A DNA stretch of 64,000 bases, taken from assembly GCA_963793655.1 (NCBI GenBank), contig CAWCAV010000010.1, forward strand, positions 285,455 to 349,454, written 5' to 3'. The position numbers and the translations under genes are program-made. Positions 12,271 through 22,570 of the stretch are shown here, in pieces; the stretch's first letter is position 1; the number at the start of each line of letters is the position of its first letter. Below the pieces are notes generated by a model. The model made no database searches and was not told the origin of the DNA. It was given only the letters and a program-made list of their open reading frames with translations. Source of the DNA: an uncultured Actinomycetes bacterium (GTDB lineage Bacteria > Actinomycetota > Thermoleophilia > Gaiellales > Gaiellaceae).

Positions 12271-14159
12271 CCGAGCGCAGGGAAGGACAGCTCGTCCAGG
12301 AACCGGTCGTTGAAGTCTGGCCGGTCGGACAGCTCGACATACGACACGCTGTCCAGCATCGCGGTGGCCGCGTGGCGCTCCTGCATCGAGAGGAGCGCCA
12401 TCTTCGCTCCTTCGCCCGCAACGTTGCCGGCGGGCACGATACGCGTGCGCGGCAGGTGGGGGACGAGGCCGATGCGGATCGCGCTCGCCGGGGAGAGGAA
12501 CGACCCGAACGAGCCCGCGAGCAGCACCTGCTGGATCTCCGACTCGTCGATCCCGAGCTCGTCGACGAGCAGCCGCCAGCCGGTAGCGATGGCCGCCTTC
12601 GCGAACTGGAGCTCCCGCACGTCGCGCTGTGAGAGGAAGACAGCGTGCGCCGGATCGCGCTCCTCGCCCGTCCAGTGGAGGACGAACGCCCGCTCCTTGT
12701 CGTCGCGTGTGATCAGGCGTGCGGCGAGCGCCGGTGAGAGCTCGGCTGCGCTCTCGTCGTCGACGAAGCGTCCGCTCGCGTCGAGCAACCCGACTCGGAC
12801 GAGCTCGGCGACGGTGTCGACGAGGCCCGACCCGCATATGCCTGCGGGCTCGACGTCTCCGATGACTCCCAGCTCGAGACCCTCGGGCACGATCCGGACG
12901 ACCTCGACGGCGCCCTCCGCCGCCCGCATGCCGCACTTGATCTGGGCCGCCTCGAACGCCGGGCCCGCCGGCGCCGCGGTGCAGAGCAGCCGCTCGGACG
13001 AGCCGAGTGCGATCTCGCAGTTGGTGCCGACGTCGATGAACAGCCGCAGGCGCTTGTCACGCGTCATCCCGGTCGCGAGAAGCCCGGCGACGATGTCGCC
13101 GCCGACGTAGGCTCCGAGGGCGGGGAGGACGTTGGCGCGCGCCCGCGGGTGGAGGCGCAGCCCGAGCTCGGACGCGGGGAAGTCTGGGTAGTCGCGTGTG
13201 GCCAGGATGAAGGGCGCCACGCCGACCGGCTCGGGGTCGATGCCGAGCACGATCTGCGTCATCGTCGCGTTGCCGGCGAGCGCCACCTCATAGACCTGCT
13301 CGAGCGGGATGCCGCCTTCCTCGCAAACCTCCTCGGCCAGACCCTGCAGCGTCTCGGCGGCGAGCGCACGGAGCCGCCCGAGCGCGTCGGGGTCGAGCAT
13401 GGTGGCGGAGATGCGCGTGATCACGTCCGCGCCGAACGGCTGCTGCTTGTTGAGCGTGGAGCGGACGGCGACGGGGGTGCCCGTGCCGACGTCGAGGAGC
13501 GTCGCGACCACGGTCGTCGTGCCGAGGTCGAACGCGATCGCGTGCAGCGAGCCCGTCGTGTCGCCAGGCTCGACGTCGATCAGCAGATCGTCGACGACAA
13601 CGGCCGTCACGCGGTAGTGCGAGGAGCGCAGGACGCCGGGCAGCCTTCGCAGGACACCGGCCTCCACACGGAGCTCGAGGTCGTCGACGGCGTCGCGGAT
13701 CCGCTCGAGGTCCGTCCGCTGGTCGGACAGCGAAGGCGTCTCGAGCTCGACGTAGCGCTTCTGCAGCGCGGGATGGAGGATCACCTGACGGCCGACGCCG
13801 ACCGTCGCCGCCTTCGGCCGCGTGACGAGCGGGGGCACCTCGATCACGAGGTCGTGCTCGGCCTGGGCGCGGCAAGCGAGCCGCCAGCCGTCGGCCAGCT
13901 CGGCCTCCGAGAACGCGCGGGCGTCGAGCGGCGAGGACGGGACGGCGCCCTCGACGACCTGCACCTTGCACTTCTTGCAGGTGCCGTGCCCACCGCATGT
14001 GGAGTCGATCGCGATCCCGTTCCAGGACGCGGCGTCGAAGACCGTGACGCCCGGCGGCACCCGAACGGCCGTGCCCGAAGGCTCGAAACGGAGCGCGACG
14101 CGGGCCGGCAGGTCAGCCGTGCCCTCGGCGGTGTCCGGCGGCTCCACGATCAGGCTCAC
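12267..14159 (-). CDS. Corrinoid reductive activator (RACo/RamA-like, 2Fe-2S + ASKHA/DUF4445)
   Basis: CGGHGTCKKC...RLAC ferredoxin; DLGTTT, DVGTNCE, AGPAFE, GICGSG, AGSFG. Confidence 0.93.
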   Translation of the reverse strand: MSLIVEPPDTAEGTADLPARVALRFEPSGTAVRVPPGVTVFDAASWNGIAIDSTCGGHGTCKKCKVQVVEGAVPSSPLDARAFSEAELADGWRLACRAQAEHDLVIEVPPLVTRPKAATVGVGRQVILHPALQKRYVELETPSLSDQRTDLERIRDAVDDLELRVEAGVLRRLPGVLRSSHYRVTAVVVDDLLIDVEPGDTTGSLHAIAFDLGTTTVVATLLDVGTGTPVAVRSTLNKQQPFGADVITRISATMLDPDALGRLRALAAETLQGLAEEVCEEGGIPLEQVYEVALAGNATMTQIVLGIDPEPVGVAPFILATRDYPDFPASELGLRLHPRARANVLPALGAYVGGDIVAGLLATGMTRDKRLRLFIDVGTNCEIALGSSERLLCTAAPAGPAFEAAQIKCGMRAAEGAVEVVRIVPEGLELGVIGDVEPAGICGSGLVDTVAELVRVGLLDASGRFVDDESAAELSPALAARLITRDDKERAFVLHWTGEERDPAHAVFLSQRDVRELQFAKAAIATGWRLLVDELGIDESEIQQVLLAGSFGSFLSPASAIRIGLVPHLPRTRIVPAGNVAGEGAKMALLSMQERHAATAMLDSVSYVELSDRPDFNDRFLDELSFPALG

Positions 14160-15019
14160 GGCGCCGCAGCCGCCTGTGCCTCCCGGTGCGCGGCGATCCA
14201 GGCCATACCCCACTCGTCGCGTCCGAGCAGCAGGTCGGCGGCGCGGCAGGCGTCGACGGTCTGGGCGGTCCGGGCGTCCATGATCGCGCTCGTGAGGCCC
14301 GCGTACGAGGCGATCACGAGGAACGCGGCGTTCAGCGCGTGCCGGCCGGGCAGGCCGAACGAGGTGTTGGACGCGCCGAGCGTCATGTTCAGGCCGAACT
14401 CATCACGGATGCGGCTGATCGTCTCGAGCGTGACGACGACCGCCTGCGGGTCGGCGCCGACGGTCATCGCGAGTGGGTCGATCACGATGTCCTCCATCGG
14501 CACCTCGTACTCGCCGTGCACGATGTCGACGAGCCGGCGGCACACTTCGAGACGCTCGTCGGCCGTCTGCGGGATGCCGGTCTCGTCGTTCACGAGGCAG
14601 ATCACGGCGGCGCCGTGCTCCTTGACGAGCGGGAGCACCCGCTCGAGCCGGTCGCGCTCGCACGTGACCGAGTTGACGAGCGCCTTGCCCTCGTAGACGG
14701 CGAGCCCGGCCTCGAGCGCCTCGACGATCGAGGAGTCGATGCAGATCGGCACGTCCGCGTGGTTCTGCACGAGCATGACCGCACGGGCGAGCAGATCAGC
14801 CTCGTCGGTCAGCGGGACACCCATGTTCACGTCGAGCACGTGCGCGCCCATCGCAACCTGGTCGTCGACGTCCTTGGCGATCTCGGACAGGTCGCCTGCC
14901 CGCAGCGCCTCGGCGAACGCCTTCCGCCCGGTCGGGTTGATCCGCTCGCCGATGATGCAGAACGGCTGGTCGGCCCCGATCGTGACCTGCTTAGACCGGG
15001 AGCTGAGCACGGTATGCAT
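14156..15019 (-). CDS. Methyltetrahydrofolate:corrinoid methyltransferase (pterin-binding, AcsE/MetH folate domain-like)
   Basis: IIGERINPTG, LDVNMG, CIDSS, VNSVT, GASNTSFGLP. Confidence 0.92.
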   Translation of the reverse strand: MHTVLSSRSKQVTIGADQPFCIIGERINPTGRKAFAEALRAGDLSEIAKDVDDQVAMGAHVLDVNMGVPLTDEADLLARAVMLVQNHADVPICIDSSIVEALEAGLAVYEGKALVNSVTCERDRLERVLPLVKEHGAAVICLVNDETGIPQTADERLEVCRRLVDIVHGEYEVPMEDIVIDPLAMTVGADPQAVVVTLETISRIRDEFGLNMTLGASNTSFGLPGRHALNAAFLVIASYAGLTSAIMDARTAQTVDACRAADLLLGRDEWGMAWIAAHREAQAAAAP

Positions 15020-15933
15020 GCGCTCGCCTCTCCTCCTTGGTGGGGATGCCGAGATCGCGGCAGAGCTGCGAGACGGCACCGTCGTGACGAAAGTCGGTGA
15101 TGTGGAGCCCGCGCACGCCAGGGAGCGACAGCGCGTGCTCCGCCTGCTCGAGCGCAAGCTCGTAGGCGGCCTCGCTCTGATCGGCAGCCTGTCGGACCCG
15201 GGCGAGCGTCCCCGCGGGCACGTCGATGCCGGGGACGCTGGAATCCATGAACGACAGGGCGCGCGCGCTGCGCACGAGCACGATCGTCGGGAGCAGTGCC
15301 GCCTGCTCCGTGAAGCCACCGCCGTCGAGCGCGCGAACGAACGACTCGAGCCGGTCGGGGTGGTAACAGATCTGGAGCTGCAGGAAGCGCGCTCCCGCGG
15401 TGATCTTCTTCGCCGCGCGGCGTGCGCGGTGCTCGAGCGGCGGGGCGGCGGGGTTCTCGACCGCTCCGACGAACAGCTGTTGCGCGAGCCCGGCCGGCCG
15501 GCCGGAGAGGTAGCGGCCTTCGGAGAGCCCGGTGGCGACCCGGACGAGCTGCGGCCCGTCGAGGTCGAACACGCGTCGCGCCTCCGGCTCGTCCCCCGCG
15601 GTCACGTCGTCGCCGGTCATGCAGCAGACGTTCGCGACGCCGTGCAGCGCGGCGCCGACGATGTCGGCCTGACAGGCGATCCGGTTCTTGTCGCGGGCGA
15701 CGACCTGGAGCACCGGCTCGATGCCGAGCCGGACGCAGCGCGACCGCGACGGCGACGTTCGACGCATGCGCGTGCGCCGCGGGGTTGTCGGTTGCGTTGA
15801 CGGCGTCGGCCCACGATGCGACCTCCGCGACGCGCTCGCCGAACGCGGCGACGTCGCCGCCGTCGACCGTCGGCGCCTCAGCGGTGAGAATCGTGCTCTC
15901 GCCGTCCTCGACGAGGTCCCGCAGCCGGCTCAC
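14991..15933 (-). CDS. metF: Methylenetetrahydrofolate reductase, frameshifted
   Basis: NATDNP, RDKNRIACQ, MTGDD, KKITAGARFLQLQ. Confidence 0.88.
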
Positions 15934-16317
15934 CTGGGCTCCTCCGCGTCCGGGCGGCGCTCCCAGCCGACGGGCCGTAGCCTATCCCGGCCGGTCAGCA
16001 GGTTGACCCATGACGACGTGCCTTGCAGGCGATTGTCGACCGGCGGGCGCAGCTGTTCGAAGTGCGGACCGCCAGGAGGCGGGAAGCAGGGGCAGGGTGC
16101 GGGAGCGGTGCTCCGCCTTCACCCAGACGCAGCGCATCTCGGGCTTCACCTCGCAGTGGCCGTTCTCGCGGACGCCGCCGCAGGGCCCGTTTCGCAGCGT
16201 CTTGGGACACGTCATCGGGCACGTCATTCCCGTGTCGTGGAGCACGCACTGGCCGCACATCCGACAGCCGAAGACCGGCTTCTTGACGGCGTGCTCGACG
16301 AAGGCGACGATTCCCAT
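15930..16317 (-). CDS. MTHFR-associated Cys-rich small subunit (MetV-like), frameshifted
   Basis: GCRMCGQC, CPMTCPKTLRNGPCGG, CEV...CVW; GTGA-coupled to metF. Confidence 0.85.
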
Positions 16318-16324
16318 TGCGGTC

Positions 16325-16992
16325 TCAGGCGAGGGCCACGGGCCCGGCGCTGCTCGAGAAGCTCCTTCGCGCGCTTCGTGGCGCTCGCCGCGTCGGGCGC
16401 GTAGCCGTCGGCGCCGACCACGTCGGCGTACTCCTGGGTCACAGGCGCGCCACCGACCATGATGATCACGTCGTCGCGCAGCCCGGCCTTCTCGATCGCC
16501 TCGATGTTCACCTTGAACATCGGCATCGTCGTCGTCAGGAACGCCGAGAAGCCGACGACGTCGGGCTTGTGCTCCTGGATCGCCTCGATGAACGTCTCGG
16601 GCGCGACCTGCACGCCGATGTCGACCACGTTGAAGCCGGCGCCCTCGAGCATGATGTCGACGAGGTTCTTGCCGATGTCGTGCACGTCGCCCTTGACCGT
16701 GCCCATCAGGAACGTGCCGATCGGCTCCGACGTCGGTCTTCGCAAGCAGCGGACGCAGCAGCTCGAGCGCGCCGGACATCGCGCGACCGGCGATCAGCAT
16801 CTCCGGCACGAAGAAGTCGCCGCGCTCGAAGCGGGCTCCGACCTCTTCCAGCGCCGGGATCAGCGCCTCGAACAGCATCGTCTCGGGGTGCATTCCCGCG
16901 GCGATCCCCTGCTCCGTGAGCCCCACGACCTCGGGCTTGTTCCCGACCAGGGTGTAGTCGTAGAGACCCTGGAGGATCTCGTCGGCGTTCAT
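16325..16992 (-). CDS. Stand-alone corrinoid (B12-binding) protein, frameshifted
   Basis: Cap domain FVPEML plus GDVHDIGKNLV and GGAP B12 motifs. Confidence 0.93.
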
Positions 16993-17806
16993 GACTCCTC
17001 GTACTCCTTCCGGATGGTAGAGACGGATCAGCTCGGACAGCGCGCGAGCCTCCTCGACGACTTGTTGGGCGACATCGCCGAGCCGCTCCCGTGCTCGTGC
17101 GCACCGTCGGCGCGGAGACGGAGATCGCGGCGATCACCGAGCCCGCGAGCCCCGTACACGGGCGCAGCGGCCGAGCAGAGGCCTTCGTCGAGCTCCTCCC
17201 ACGTCGTCGCGTAGCCGTCCCGCCGAACCCGATCGAGTTCGGCGAACAGGGCTTCCAGAGAGGTGATCGTCTCGAGGACCGAGGCGAGCGAGGCGGCCGA
17301 ACGGGGGCTGGGCGGCACCGAAAGCCATGAAGACCTTGCCCATCGACGACGCGTGGATCGGGATGCGACGGCCGACCCAGTTGCCGGCTCCCGAGGGGGT
17401 GATTGCTGTCGACCTGCGCGAGGCGCGCGACGCCCGCGGGAGTCGGGATGCCGATGTTCGCCGTCTCCCCCGTTGTCGCGCCGAGCCGCTCGAGGAACGG
17501 CAGCGCAAGGGTCGCGAGATCCCCGACGGCCGAGTCCCTGCGCGCGTACTCGACGAGTACCGGGCCGGGGCGAAAGCCCCCGCCGCGCCGACGTTGCGCG
17601 AGCCCGTTCCGCTCGAGCGCGCGCAGGAGGCGAGCGGCGGTGGTCTTCGGCAGCTGGGTCTCCTCCATCAGGCCCGAAAGGCTGACCGCGTCGTCGCTCT
17701 CGACCAGGCGAACGAGGATCCGCGCGGCTCTGTCGATGGACTGGCTTCCGTCTTCGATCTTGGTCATCGGTACCGGATCATGGTACCAAACCTGCGCTTC
17801 GCTCAT
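16989..17806 (-). CDS. IclR family transcriptional regulator, frameshifted
   Basis: QSIDRAARIL HTH, GETANI, HASSMGK, GLCSAAAPV, AAISVS. Confidence 0.9.
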
Positions 17807-18184
17807 GTATATGGTCGTCTCATCGGCTAGGATAGTACGGGTGAGTGCCGCATGGTGGAACTCGAGCCGGTCGGGACGACGCCGCGAGGCTGTGGACGCG
17901 GCAGCGGTTCGGATCGCTCCTCATGATCCCGGACGGGCCTCCGTGACTGCATGCTCGCCGGCCATTCGGCGCGGGGCGTGGCGGTGTGCGACAGCCGTGT
18001 GCTCTCCGGCGGCCGCATGCCTGAGCGAGCCCGTCGTGGCGCAAGCGCCGATCAGGCACTCTAGGCCCGAGCGAGGAAGCGAGATAACGGCGCCTCTCGG
18101 CGATCAGCTCCGCTCCGAGGCGCTCGCACATCTCGACCAGTCGACGGCCGGACGCCCAGTCGTGCAGAGCAAAGGAGAACGACC

Positions 18185-19362
18185 GTGAAGACCGCCGAGC
18201 GCACACGCATCGCCTTCCAGCGTGGAACTCCCGACCGCGTGCCGATCCACTGCTGGCTCGGGCTGCCGCTGATCAAGAAGCTCCGGCCGGCCCGACAAGT
18301 CGTTTCTCGACCTGTTCGAGCTCTGGATCGACGACCCGATGGGCTCGATCGTGAAGATGCAGCAGGATCTCGGGCTCGACCCGATGATCACGACCTACAG
18401 CCAGCACATCGGCGAGCACGAGATCTGGCCGCGCATGCTGTTCCCGCGCCCGTACGAGACCGACACGTGGGTCGAGACGTTCGAGGTCACGGGCAGCGGC
18501 GACGGCTGGCGCGAGCACTCCCACACGATCCGCACGCCGGACGGCGACCTCGACTACTCGTACCGCACCGAGGACGGCTTCGGCACGTCGTGCCACGACT
18601 TCCTGCTCAAGGGGGACGAGCCGGAGACGAAGCTCCCCGCCCTGCGTCACTTCCCGTCCGCCGACCTGTACGACATGACCGTGCTCGACGGGCATGGTCG
18701 AGAAGGTCGGCGACGAGGCCTGGTGGCTGCATCACGTGATCGGGCCCGTGGGACATGGCGGCCGAGATCCGCGGGCTCGTCGACCTCTCGATGGACATCT
18801 ACGACCGGCCCGCGTTCGTCCACGACCTGATGCGCATCTGCACCGACTGGCTCAAGGGCTTCTACCGCCGGCTCGGTGAGACCGGGCATCCACTCGATCT
18901 CGATGAACGAGACGTGGACGGGCGTCGGCGTCGCGCGCGACCATTTCGTCGAGTTCATGAAGCCGTACGAGCCGGAGTGCGTGCAGGCCGCGCACGACGC
19001 CGGCTACCTGGTCAGCTTCCACAACTGCGGCCGCGCGACGCTCCTGCTCGAGGACATCGCCGACACGGGGCCGGACGCCGTCGAGACGCTCACCTCCGAG
19101 CCGCTCCTCCGGCGACGTCGACCTCGCAGACGCGAAGCAGCGAATCGGCGACCGCGTCTGCCTCTTCGGCGGGTTCAACGAGCACCTCCTCCACGAGGGC
19201 GACGCCGACGCCGTCGAGCGCCGAGGTGCAGCGCTGCCTCGACGCGGCGATGGCGGGCGGCGGCTACGTCCTTCGCTCGACCGGGCCAGATCTTCGACGC
19301 CAAGCCGGGCCTGATCGAGCTCATGTGCGAGACGGTCGCGCGAGCACGGCCGCTACAACTGA
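18185..19362 (+). CDS. Uroporphyrinogen decarboxylase-family (MtaA/CmuA-like) methyltransferase, frameshifted
   Basis: [27 protein letters not shown]; divergent from corrinoid operon. Confidence 0.8.
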
Positions 19363-19377
19363 GCGCGGGAGCAGGCG

Positions 19378-21348
19378 ATGGACGCGCCCGACCTCTTCGA
19401 CGTCGAGACCGCCGCCGACGGGCCCGGCCGGGGCGCTGCCGCTGACGGCCGACGTTCCTGCGGGACAGCCCGTCCGGCGACGTGTTCGGCCTCTCGCAGA
19501 ACGCCGGCATGGGCTGGGAGGCGTCGAAGGTCGGGCGGGACCAGTTCCTGATCCTCTCGACGCTCAGGGCGGCGTCCGCGCCGACGACGGCACGCCCGTC
19601 GCGCTCGGGTACCACACGGGCCACTGGGAGGTCGGCCTGCTCGTGCGCGAGGCAGCGCTCGAGCTCGACCGGCTCGGCGGGCTGCCCTTCGCGGCGCACG
19701 TCTCGGATCCGTGCGACGGCCGCAGCCAGGGGACGACAGGGATGTTCGACTCCCTGCCGTACCGCAACGACGCGGCGCTCGTGCTACGACGACTCGTCCG
19801 CAGCCTGCCGCGACCGCCGCGGGCGTGATCGGCGTCGGCACCTGCGACAAGGGACTGCCGGCGATGACGATGGCGCTCGCGTCGTTCCGCGATCTCGCCG
19901 GCGCCGTCGTGCCCGGCGGCGTCACGCTGCCGCCCCGCCACGGGGAGGACGCAGGCGCGGTGCAGACGCTCGGCGCGCGGTTCGCCCACGGGCTGGTCGA
20001 CGCTGCGACGAGGCAGCCGACCTCGGCTGCCGCGCCTGTGCCTCGCCCGGCGGCGGCTGCCAGTTCCTCGGAACGGCGGCGACGGCGCAGGTCGTAGCCG
20101 AGGCGCTCGGCCTCACAGTGCCGCACGCGGCGCTCGCGCCGTCGGGGCAGCCGATCTGGCTCGACGTCGCGCGGCGCACCGCCGGCGCCGTGCACGACGC
20201 AGTGGCGCGACGGGCGCACGCTCGGCGACGTGCTGACCGACGAGGCCATCGAGAACGCGATGCTCGTCCACGCCGCGTTCGGCGGCTCGACGAACCTCCT
20301 GATCCACATCCCGGCGATCGCGCACGCAGCCGGGCTGCGCCGGCCGACCGTCGACGACTGGCGGCGGGTCAACGCGTCGGTGCCGCGGCTCGTCGACGCG
20401 CTGCCGAACGGGCCGAACAACCACCCGACGGTGCGCGTCTTCCTCGCGGGCGGGGTGCCCGAGGTGATGCTGCACCTGCGCCGGCTCGGGCTGCTCCACG
20501 TGCGATGCGCGGACGGTCGACGGGCCGCACCTGGGACGAGGTGCTCGACGAGTGGGAGGCGAGCGAGCGGCGGGCAGCGGCTTCGCGCCCGGCTGCTCGA
20601 GGCGGACGGAGTCGACCCGGACGACGTCATCTGCCCGCCCGGCGCGGGCACGCGAGAAGGGGATGACGTCGACGGTGTGCTTCCCGGAGGGGAACCTCGC
20701 GCCCGGCGGCAGCGTGATCAAGAGCACCGCGATCGACCCGCAGCGCTCGACGAGGACGGCATCTACCGGCTGACCGGGCCGGCCCGCGTGTTCACGAGCG
20801 AGCGCGACGCGATCGCGGCGATCAAGGGCAGCCGCGGGTGAGCCGATCGAGCCCGGCGACGTCGATCGTCCTCGCCGGTCGCGGGCCGCTCGGCTCCGGG
20901 ATGGAGGAGACCTACCAGCTGACGTCCGCGCTCAAGTTCCTGCCCTTCGGCGGCAGGTCGCGCTCGTCACCGACGCACGATTCTCGGGCGTCTCGACCGG
21001 AGCGTGCATCGGTCACGTCAGCCCGGAGGCGCTCGAGGGAGGGCCGATCGGTCGGCTCGTCGACGGCGACCTCATCCGGGTCGTCGTCGACCGCGAGCGT
21101 CTGGTCGCGTCCGTCGACCTCGTCGGGCACGGGGACGAGGAGTGGACGGCAGAGGAGAGCGGCGGCGGTGCTCGCCGGCCGCTCCGTCCGCGACGACATC
21201 GCCGCCGGATCCGAGGCTGCCGGCCGACACCGCGCTGTGGGCGCGCCTGCAGTCGGTCAGCGGCGGTCTGTGGGGCGGCTGCGTCTACGACGTCGAGGCG
21301 ATCGAGCGTCGGCTCTCGGCCGACCCGGTGGCCGCGCAGCACGCGTAG
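19378..21348 (+). CDS. YjhG/YagF-type sugar-acid (xylonate-like) dehydratase, IlvD/Edd family, frameshifted
   Basis: [55 protein letters not shown]. Confidence 0.88.
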
Positions 21349-21490
21349 CCGCGAAGCGGGCGGGAAGGGGCCGGTCACGGCGCCCACGACGCTCACGGGT
21401 CGATCACGTCCTCTTTCAAGGTGTCTCTGCGTGCGCGCGCGGATCGTCCGTGGCGAGTGAGGCTGATCCAGACCCGGGACGCAGCCCAGG

Positions 21491-21560
21491 GGTCGACCCG
21501 TTCGAACGGAGCTCGTTCGTGTACCGACCAGGGTCGTCGGTTCGAGCCCGCCTTGCACCA
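21491..21560 (+). repeat. Dispersed hairpin + tRNA-3'-half-like element, copy 1
   Basis: Shares CGAACGGAGYTCGTTCGNGTACMGACC...GGTCGNCGGTTCGA...ACCA with 47312-47390. Confidence 0.55.
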
Positions 21561-21634
21561 TCCGTGGGTTACCGACGATCGCCGCTCTATGCTCACGTCG
21601 ATTGTGAGCCAACGTGTCGAGGTTGCACGAGCGC

Positions 21635-22559
21635 ATGCCGGACTACGAGATCGCAGTAGCGGGCGGAGGGCCAGCCGGTCTCACCGCAGCGCTCTTCGCC
21701 GCCCGCCACGGCCGGAGCACGGTCCTGCTCGATCCGCTCGGCTCGGGCGGCGCGATCCTCAACACTGAGCGAGTCGAGGACTTTCCCGGCTTCCCGGAAG
21801 GGGTGCCGGGCTTCGAGCTCGGCCCTCGGATGCAGGGGCAGGTCATCGACGCCGGCGGCGCGTTCGAGCTGAGCGAGGTGACGCGCATCGAACCGCGCGG
21901 CGGCGACTGGAGTCTCGTCACCGACGCCGGTGAGGTCGGCGCATCCGCAGTCATCGTCGCCACCGGGTCGAGGCCCCGCAAGCTCGGCGTGCCGCGCGAG
22001 GAGGCGTTCGAGGGCAGGGGGCTCAGCACGTGCGCGAGCTGCGACGGCCCGCTCTACCGGGGCAAGCGCGTCGCAGTGTGCGGCGACGGCGACTCGGCGC
22101 TCATCGAGACGCTCGAGCTCGTGCGACACGACGTGCGGGTGGTGCTCATCCACCCCGACGAGGCCCTCGCGGGCCAGGAGGCGTACAGCCGTCGCGTGCG
22201 GGAGAGCGCGCAGGTCGAGGTCAAGGCACCGGACGGTGCTCGAGGAGATCCTCGGAGACGGACAGGTCGACGGCATCCGCGTGCGCGACCTCGTGACGGG
22301 GGACTCGTCGACCCTTCCCGTTGCAGGGGTCTTCGCGAACGTCGGTCGTCTCCCGAACACCGGGATGCTCGAAGGGGTCGTTGACCCTGGACGAGCACGG
22401 GTGCATCCCCACGGACATCTGGATGCGCACCGAGCGCGAGGGCCTGTTCGCAGCCGGTGACGTCCGAGCGGACGCGCCGGGCCAGGCGATCACCGCTGCC
22501 GGCGACGGCGCGACGGCCGCCCTCGCCGCGCACCGCTACCTCGCGAATCGCGCACGTGA
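21635..22559 (+). CDS. Thioredoxin reductase-like FAD/disulfide oxidoreductase, frameshifted; end approximate
   Basis: GGGPAG, IVATGS, TCASCDG redox motif, FAAGDVR, AAGDG. Confidence 0.88.
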
Positions 22560-22570
22560 GCGCCCGACCT

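Noticed and set aside
17960-18100. Glycine or SAH riboswitch
   Set aside because: Only isolated words (GGAGAG/CTCAGG, AACGGCGCC) without the proper order or pairing
18185-19362. Heme-pathway hemE, or pyrrolysine readthrough
   Set aside because: No tetrapyrrole gene context and no in-frame TAG seen
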